A stretch of DNA of 64,000 nucleotides, taken from positions 832,001 through 896,000 of the forward strand of contig CAWEXO010000011.1 in NCBI GenBank assembly GCA_963813025.1. The letters run 5' to 3'. This document shows positions 58,373-64,000 of the stretch, piece by piece. Source of the DNA: an uncultured Verrucomicrobiae bacterium (GTDB lineage Bacteria; Verrucomicrobiota; Verrucomicrobiia; Chthoniobacterales; JAFAMB01). Every line of letters starts with the position of its first letter. Position 1 is the first letter of the stretch. A program made the translations under genes and the position numbers. A model generated the notes under the pieces. It searched no databases, was not told the origin of the DNA, and saw only the letters and a program-made list of their open reading frames with translations.

Positions 58373-60711
58373 ATGGCGGACGCAGAGCGCTATCAGCATT
58401 ATCAGATTCTCAAGCGGGACGACGGAAGCTTGTGGGAACTCGGGCGCGGAGCCATGGGGATCACCTACAAAGCTTTCGATACCAGCCTGCGCAATGGAGT
58501 TTATCGATGGCGAGACCGTCGATAATTATTTGCGCCGACACGGCCCTTTGGCTCCGAAGGAAGCGCTGGACATTGCTTTGCAGGTGAGCCGGGCCCTCGG
58601 CGCCGCCGCGAAACAGCACTTGGTTCATCGCGATCTCAAGCCGGCTAACCTGATGTTGGTCGACCAGGATGGAGAACGGGTCGTCAAGGTCATTGATTTC
58701 GGCCTGGCCAAAAGCGCCAGGGCAGTCGGTGACGAGTCGGGCACCTTGACCTTCGGCGGCGGTTTCGTTGGGACGCCATTGTTCGCGAGTCCGGAACAGC
58801 TCGAAGAACTGGATATTGATATCCGGGCCGACATTTATTCGTTGGGAGCCACTCTGTATTTCATGTTGGCGGGCCGCCCGCCGTTCCTGGGTTCGTTGGC
58901 GCAAGTGATGAGCCAACACCTGCACAAAGAAGTGCCGCTCGAAGCGCTGGAGGGACTTCTACCCTCCTTGATCAGTCTGGTCGAAAGAATGATGGAGAAG
59001 GACCGTGACCGACAAATCCAGAACCCGACTGAGTTGCGCCAACAGATCCAAACTTGTCTGGATGAACTGAGCGGAAGTGCTGCTCTGAGCGCGGCGCAAA
59101 CCATGGTACGCGAACATTCCGCAGTCGCCGCAACGACCGATCTGGCCGCCGCACAATCGACCGGCAAATCCTGCTCTTTGAACCAGCCGGACAATACCTG
59201 GTGGAAGAACCGATCGCCGGTTGCACTCTGCTGCAAATCCTCCGTTCGCGGGGGACACTCACGGCAGCCGAGGTTCTCCATCTGCTGGAGATCCTTGGCC
59301 CGGCAATCGATCGAGTCGCCGATTACCCTTGGTTAGATCTGAGTTTGCATGGTGTACGCGTCAGACCAGATGGAGTGGTCGGCGAAAGAGATCCCGTCGA
59401 TCCGGCCAAGCCCTTGGGGACAGCGTTTGGGCTGAAGGTGGAAGCTATCGATTTCTCGGCGGAACCGTTTGCGCCGAAAGATTGGGCTACCACGGCGACG
59501 ATTGTCTCCGGTGACCTCAGTTCAGCGGAGCCGAACAAGGTGCGTAGATTGATCTTACTCATCTACGAGCTGCTGGGTGACTCGCCGGCTGCCGTCCTCA
59601 CACCCGGGCATTACACGCCGTTGGCCAGCCTGACCGAATCCGGAAACCAGGTGTTGAGGCAAGCGCTTTCGGGTGGAATCGATTCGGGCCAGAAGCTGGC
59701 CGGGAGATTTGGAGAAGCGATCGTGTCGCACGGGTCGCCTTGGCGGGCTCTTTCCAGCGCCGCCTTGCCTCCGCCAGTCCCGACTTTTTCCGCAGCGGCC
59801 TCCCCCTCACCGGGGGCAGTCCCAATCGCGGCCAGTTCGAATTTTTCTGAGGGCAGATCGAGCGAGCTAAGGCCGCCGGGTGTCCCGAGTTCGCAAGTAA
59901 CCGATCCGGCGACTTTCCCAATCAGGAGGATTTTCCCGCGCGGCTGGAAAATCTCCTTGGGCGGGTGCGTTCGCAGTCCAGCAAGATTGACTCTACCACC
60001 TTCTCGCAGTTGCAGCCCGATCTCGAGCGAGCGGCGCAAAAGGGGGTTGTTCAGGCCATGTTAATTCTGGGACAGAATTTGCGGTAAACCGATCCAAATC
60101 GAGCCCTCGAGTGGTACGAGGCCGCCGCCGAGAAAGGCAACGCGGAGGCTATGGTGCAGTCCGGGTTGTTGCTCTCGAACCGCAAGAATCCTGATGATGA
60201 AAAGAAGGCGGTCGAATTCTTTGTGCGAAGCGCGGAAGCGGGTGATCGCCTGGGCAAATACGCCGCCGGCGAATGCTATTACTTCGGCAAGGGCGTTTTA
60301 CCGAGCGAAGCTACGGCGGTGCAGTATCTGCGAGAAGCGGCGGCTTTGGGTGAACCGCGGGCAATGGATCTGCTGGGGACTCATTTTGAGCATCAGAAGA
60401 ACTACCCGGAAGCGCAACGCTATTATGCCGACGCGATTCAGGCTGGATACCCACTCTCCTTTTCCAATTTAGGCGTGATGTACATGAACGGCGAAGGTGT
60501 TGGGCGAAGTACGGAAAAGGCCGCCCAGCTATTCCGTCAAGGAGCGGAGCACGGCGATCCGGTTGGGATGTTTTTTTATGCTAACTGCCTGGCCGGCGGA
60601 ATAGGGGTGCCGAAAGATCTGAAAACCGCGGCAGACTATTTCCGGCGAGCAGCCAAGGCTGGCAATGCCCGGGCAGTCGAGTGGTGCCGGAAAAATAAAG
60701 TGAGTTACTGA
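58373..60711 (+). pseudogene. Decayed Ser/Thr kinase + degenerate second kinase-like segment + Pro-rich linker + Sel1-repeat gene
   Basis: ELGRGAMGITYKAFD jumps straight to MEFIDG in another frame (VALK/alphaC region missing). HRDLKPAN, DFGLAK and SPEQ are present. Further frame breaks at ~59170-59200 and ~59920, and an in-frame TAA at 60085-60087 before the Sel1 repeats. Confidence 0.75.
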
Positions 60712-60863
60712 GTGCCTAAACCTGCTTCCGCTTTTGCGCTCTCCCTCCAGTAAATGTAATCGGTCCGAGGCGCCGCCTTGCTGGAAACGTATTTTCAAGA
60801 AAATGTCGAAAATTTGCATTCTAGGCTTGCTGATGATGGGCAAGCCGTCTAAAGGGAAAGCCC

Positions 60864-61559
60864 ATGTCCAGGACGCTGTTTGTAATTGGACTGGTTTGGC
60901 TTTGGACGCTCAGTTCCCCTGCGGAATCAGATTACCTCTCGACGAAACTCGCCGACGGCTTTGATTTTCCGGTCGGCGCTCCTAATGCCGATGGATATTA
61001 CAAGTCGCGCGGGTTCAATCTCCACGGCCATCTCGGCGAGGATTGGGTCAGCGAACAGGGGAGTGGGGTGATCTTTGGACATCCGGTGTGCGCGATTGGC
61101 ACCGGTGTGGTTACGTTTGCCCGCGATTTTTTGCGCGCGTGGGGCAACGTCGTCGTTATCCGGCATGCCTACCTGGAAGACGGGCAAACGAAATATATCG
61201 ATTCGCTCTACGCTCACCTCAACAAGATTTATGTCAGAGAAGGTCAGCAAGTGGCCCGGGGAGAGGAGATTGGCACGGTCGGAACGGCCCACGGCCTCTA
61301 TCCACCTCATCTACATTTTGAGATTCACTATGATCTCACGATCGGAGTAGTCCACGCGGCCAACACCCGTTTGCCAGGGAAATATGCCGATCCAACAGGG
61401 TTTCTGAATGTCCATCGCCTCCTGAAGACGACCAATCAAAACGTCCAGGTCGCTTTGAATTACAATATGCCAAGCTTTCCCGGCATCATCGCCCATCCGA
61501 CGGACAACGACCGCCAGAGCATCGCCTGGCTTAACCATCGAAGGCGTCGAGGCGAGTAG
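60864..61559 (+). CDS. M23 family peptidase, secreted
   Basis: Signal peptide, HLGEDW (HxxxD), WGNVVVIRH, SLYAHL, HLHFEI. Confidence 0.92.
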   Translation: MSRTLFVIGLVWLWTLSSPAESDYLSTKLADGFDFPVGAPNADGYYKSRGFNLHGHLGEDWVSEQGSGVIFGHPVCAIGTGVVTFARDFLRAWGNVVVIRHAYLEDGQTKYIDSLYAHLNKIYVREGQQVARGEEIGTVGTAHGLYPPHLHFEIHYDLTIGVVHAANTRLPGKYADPTGFLNVHRLLKTTNQNVQVALNYNMPSFPGIIAHPTDNDRQSIAWLNHRRRRGE

Positions 61560-61634
61560 GATCGGCAACCTTGCCGGTCAGGAACTACTGTCCTGTTCGT
61601 GAAATGGTTGGGCTTTCGCCGCGGCCCATGCTAC

Positions 61635-61949
61635 TCAAATTTCGTGGCGGCAGACGACGGCCCGACCGGGTTCTCCTCTCCCGGATCTCGCATGATGCAC
61701 CTGCGAGGGGGGAGTCTGGGTTTGTAACCACTGGTAAAGCCGGTAGCCAAACCAGAATACCAATGCTGGCTTTGCCAGAAACAAAGCCAGACGGACGACC
61801 GAAACGACCAAGGTCCGGATGGGGAGCGTCTGGAGGAGAAAGCCAAGGGCCAAAGAACCCAGTAAGAAGGTTTCCGGATTCTCGCGCATGTTCTCCTCAA
61901 ATTCGCGCCATCGGACATCGAATGTTTTTCCTAAATCGGTGAAGCTCAT
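61635..61949 (-). CDS. Hypothetical membrane protein
   Basis: MSFTDLG...EENMRENPETFLLGSLALGFLL (ElaB/DUF883-like tail motif) plus a second hydrophobic stretch. Confidence 0.6.
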   Translation of the reverse strand: MSFTDLGKTFDVRWREFEENMRENPETFLLGSLALGFLLQTLPIRTLVVSVVRLALFLAKPALVFWFGYRLYQWLQTQTPPSQVHHARSGRGEPGRAVVCRHEI

Positions 61950-61995
61950 AGATTTTTGATGCGAAACGCCTGACCTCGGTTGTCTGCGCAATGTC

Positions 61996-62424
61996 CTAAA
62001 ACAGGCCAAATATCGGTTTGCGCTTGGGCGGCTGCCGGAACGGATTGAACCTGTCGAATTTCGGGGCAGAAGCGGCGAAATCCTTGAAGGCTTGACTGAC
62101 CGTAGTACCGGTCGCCTCGAGCCCTTGCTTCAATGGGTCGGTGATTTTCGGCCCATGCTCCCGGGTCCAGTCGCCCGCGAAATCCAGAAACTCGTCAAGC
62201 CGAGATTGCCGGAGGATTGCCTGCTCATACCGCGAAAAGGCGTATCCAGCGGCGAAACCTAAAGCTGCAGCCAAGGCAATAAACAGGCCTATGTTCGCCG
62301 GTCGTGGGGCTTGGATTGGGTTCACCTCTGGTGGGTCGGCTGGGGCGTTGCCAACCGCCTCAGGATGAGACTTTGGCTTTGGGGCAAAAGGTTCAGGTAC
62401 AGAGAATTCGCTCGTGTTGCTCAT
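61996..62424 (-). CDS. Hypothetical protein with a single TM segment
   Basis: Pro-rich N-terminus, IGLFIALAAALGFAAGYAF, amphipathic C-terminus. Confidence 0.65.
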   Translation of the reverse strand: MSNTSEFSVPEPFAPKPKSHPEAVGNAPADPPEVNPIQAPRPANIGLFIALAAALGFAAGYAFSRYEQAILRQSRLDEFLDFAGDWTREHGPKITDPLKQGLEATGTTVSQAFKDFAASAPKFDRFNPFRQPPKRKPIFGLF

Positions 62425-62542
62425 ATCATTCTCCAAAAAAATAGGACAGTCCGTTCTTTCTGCTTGTTCCGTCACCTTCAACTAGTCTGTTGAGTGCCGC
62501 AATCGAATGAATTCGCAAATGTCTGCCGAAGCGGACGTAAAA

Positions 62543-62696
62543 CAGCTGAACAATCGGTCAAGTATCAGTCAATTGAGCGGAGGGAGCGGGTTCAGCGGAG
62601 GGAGATAGCCGAGACTGACCAACTGTTCAGCTAGTTTCCTCCGCTGAACCCGCTCCCTCCGCTCAATTGACTCAAACCTGTTCAATTGTTCAGTTG
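62543..62696. repeat. Palindromic MITE/REP-like element, copy 3 (short core)
   Basis: Perfect 35-bp inverted arms 62567-62601 and 62638-62672 (AGTCAATTGAGCGGAGGGAGCGGGTTCAGCGGAGG). Outer CAGCTGAACAAT/ATTGTTCAGTTG; same motif as 3211-3470. Confidence 0.9.
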
Positions 62697-62698
62697 TC

Positions 62699-63268
62699 AT
62701 GATGGATTGGCTGACCTCAGTTGAGTTCTCTTTTTACATGGTCGAGACGTTCGCGTTGCCCTTTGCGATAATCGTTTTCCTGATCGAACGCCGGAAAGAA
62801 CGGCAAGCGGATGCGGAGGAGTTGTATCAACGATTGTCCGACGAATACACCAGCTTCTTGAAATTGGTGTTGGAAAACGCCGATTTGCAACTTCTGCGCC
62901 GTCATGTTCCTCCTGCGGAGGTGAACGAGGAACAACTGGAACGTAAACTCGCGTTGTTCGGAATTCTCGTCTCGATCTTCGAAAGGGCGTATCTGCTTGT
63001 CTACGACGAGCACATGCATAAACAAGCCAAACGACTCTGGTTGTCGTGGGACGATTATATGCGCGAATGGTGCCGTCGCGCCGATTTTCGAAACGCGCTG
63101 CCAGAACTTCTCGAGGGTGAAGACCCCGATTTTCGCGCCTATATCGAAACGATAGCTCGCGCTGAGGCGGCCGCGCCGGCGCCTTCGAAATCGCCGGCGG
63201 CAGGTGTAGCGTTGACTGATCGGTCCGAGATACGTCCACTCGAACCGAAGAGTGCGAACAAGAGCTGA
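62699..63268 (+). CDS. Hypothetical protein with N-terminal TM
   Basis: 189-aa ORF: LPFAIIVFLIERRKER...YQRLSDEY..FLKL, LVSIFERAYLLVY, W.SWDDYMREWCRR. Confidence 0.75.
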   Translation: MMDWLTSVEFSFYMVETFALPFAIIVFLIERRKERQADAEELYQRLSDEYTSFLKLVLENADLQLLRRHVPPAEVNEEQLERKLALFGILVSIFERAYLLVYDEHMHKQAKRLWLSWDDYMREWCRRADFRNALPELLEGEDPDFRAYIETIARAEAAAPAPSKSPAAGVALTDRSEIRPLEPKSANKS

Positions 63269-63326
63269 TCGAATGTCTGACAACTGCCAAGGACCTTTGA
63301 TCCGCTAAAAAAACTTCAAACACTCC

Positions 63327-63494
63327 ATGTTACATTACGCCATCATTTTTCTTATTATTGCCATTATTGCCGGCTTTTTCGGTTTCAGCGGAATCGCCGG
63401 AACATCGGCTTGGATCGCGCAAGTTTTGTTGGTCGTGTTTCTGGTTCTGTTCATTGTGTCGTTCTTCTTTCGGGGACGCGGCCCAACGGTCTAG
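63327..63494 (+). CDS. DUF1328 (UPF0391) small membrane protein
   Basis: Manual translation [55 protein letters not shown]; below the ORF-track cutoff. Confidence 0.92.
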   Translation: MLHYAIIFLIIAIIAGFFGFSGIAGTSAWIAQVLLVVFLVLFIVSFFFRGRGPTV

Positions 63495-63528
63495 ATTTCC
63501 AGGGCATTCTGCACTTGCCATACCGGAG

Positions 63529-63568
63529 GGGTGAGGCTCAAAAAAAAGGGCCTCGCCCTTTCACTTTT
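63529..63568 (+). terminator. Probable intrinsic terminator
   Basis: Stem GGGTGAGGCTC / GGGCCTCGCCC (G-U pairs allowed), A8 loop, then TTTCACTTTT; lies between convergent genes. Confidence 0.6.
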
Positions 63569-64000
63569 GGTCTACCTTCACTTCCTTGATCTCGACCCGC
63601 ATCGCGTTGTCCTTGGGCTCGATTCGCGCGCCATACGCATTTGCGTAGACCTGAGTGAACTCGGCGCCGAATAACACGATCTGAGCCGAATAATAGATCC
63701 ACAGCAGCACGGTGATGAGCGATCCAGCCGCTCCGTAGGCGGAGGTGCCGATGCCGGTCGCCAAGTAAATCCCGAGAAAATATTTTCCGACAAAAAAGAG
63801 AACAGCCGTAAGCGCTCCTCCAACCCACACGTCGCCCCAGGAAATTTTGACGTCCGGCAAGAAACGAAAAATCATCGCGAAAAGAAGCAGAATGATCCCC
63901 AAATCGAAAACCCGGAATAATCCGATTCCCAGAAAGGTACCTCCCGGCAAAGATTGCCGCAGATAGGTGCTCAGAATATTGAGAACGCCTTCGAGCACCA
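63561..64000 (-). CDS. YihY/BrkB family membrane protein, 5' end outside the window
   Basis: FAMIFRFLPD.KISW.DVWVG, SAYGAAGSL...LLWIYYSAQIVLFGAEF. Confidence 0.92.
   Translation of the reverse strand, partial: VLEGVLNILSTYLRQSLPGGTFLGIGLFRVFDLGIILLLFAMIFRFLPDVKISWGDVWVGGALTAVLFFVGKYFLGIYLATGIGTSAYGAAGSLITVLLWIYYSAQIVLFGAEFTQVYANAYGARIEPKDNAMRVEIKEVKVDQK

Overview
Chromosomal, mostly housekeeping segment of a bacterium. Gene content and protein style (DUF5069-like protein, stand-alone SWIB protein, short AtpH, MqnD, DUF1800/DUF1501 pair) suggest Verrucomicrobiota, probably Chthoniobacterales-like; this is an inference. It carries truA, yqgF/ruvX, manC, cysE-like, galK, an MBL-nuclease/ATP-dependent DNA ligase fusion, a STAS-RsbU-grpE-dnaJ-rsmE run, an HNH nuclease, a PHP phosphatase, an amidase, valS, glnD, an ABC permease plus lipocalin-like gene, a beta-CASP nuclease, the full atpBEFHAGDC operon, hisD, mqnD, a glutaredoxin, rpsA, rpsR, rpmG, a DksA/TraR protein, an mdtABC-type RND pump, a decayed Ser/Thr kinase-Sel1 gene, an M23 peptidase and small membrane proteins. 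I saw no CRISPR array, rRNA, tRNA, transposase or prophage. The most unusual signals are non-coding: (1) a ~250-bp palindromic MITE-like family with three copies, one partly triplicated in tandem; (2) a recurring architecture of inverted arrays of 7-10-nt tandem repeats with a different unit at each locus, one of them read in frame into a gene; (3) a ~180-200-nt rod-like RNA candidate before truA; (4) a hairpin leader before rpsA. Single-base frameshifts in several conserved genes (dnaJ, rpsA, dksA-like, HNH, PHP) most likely reflect assembly indel errors.
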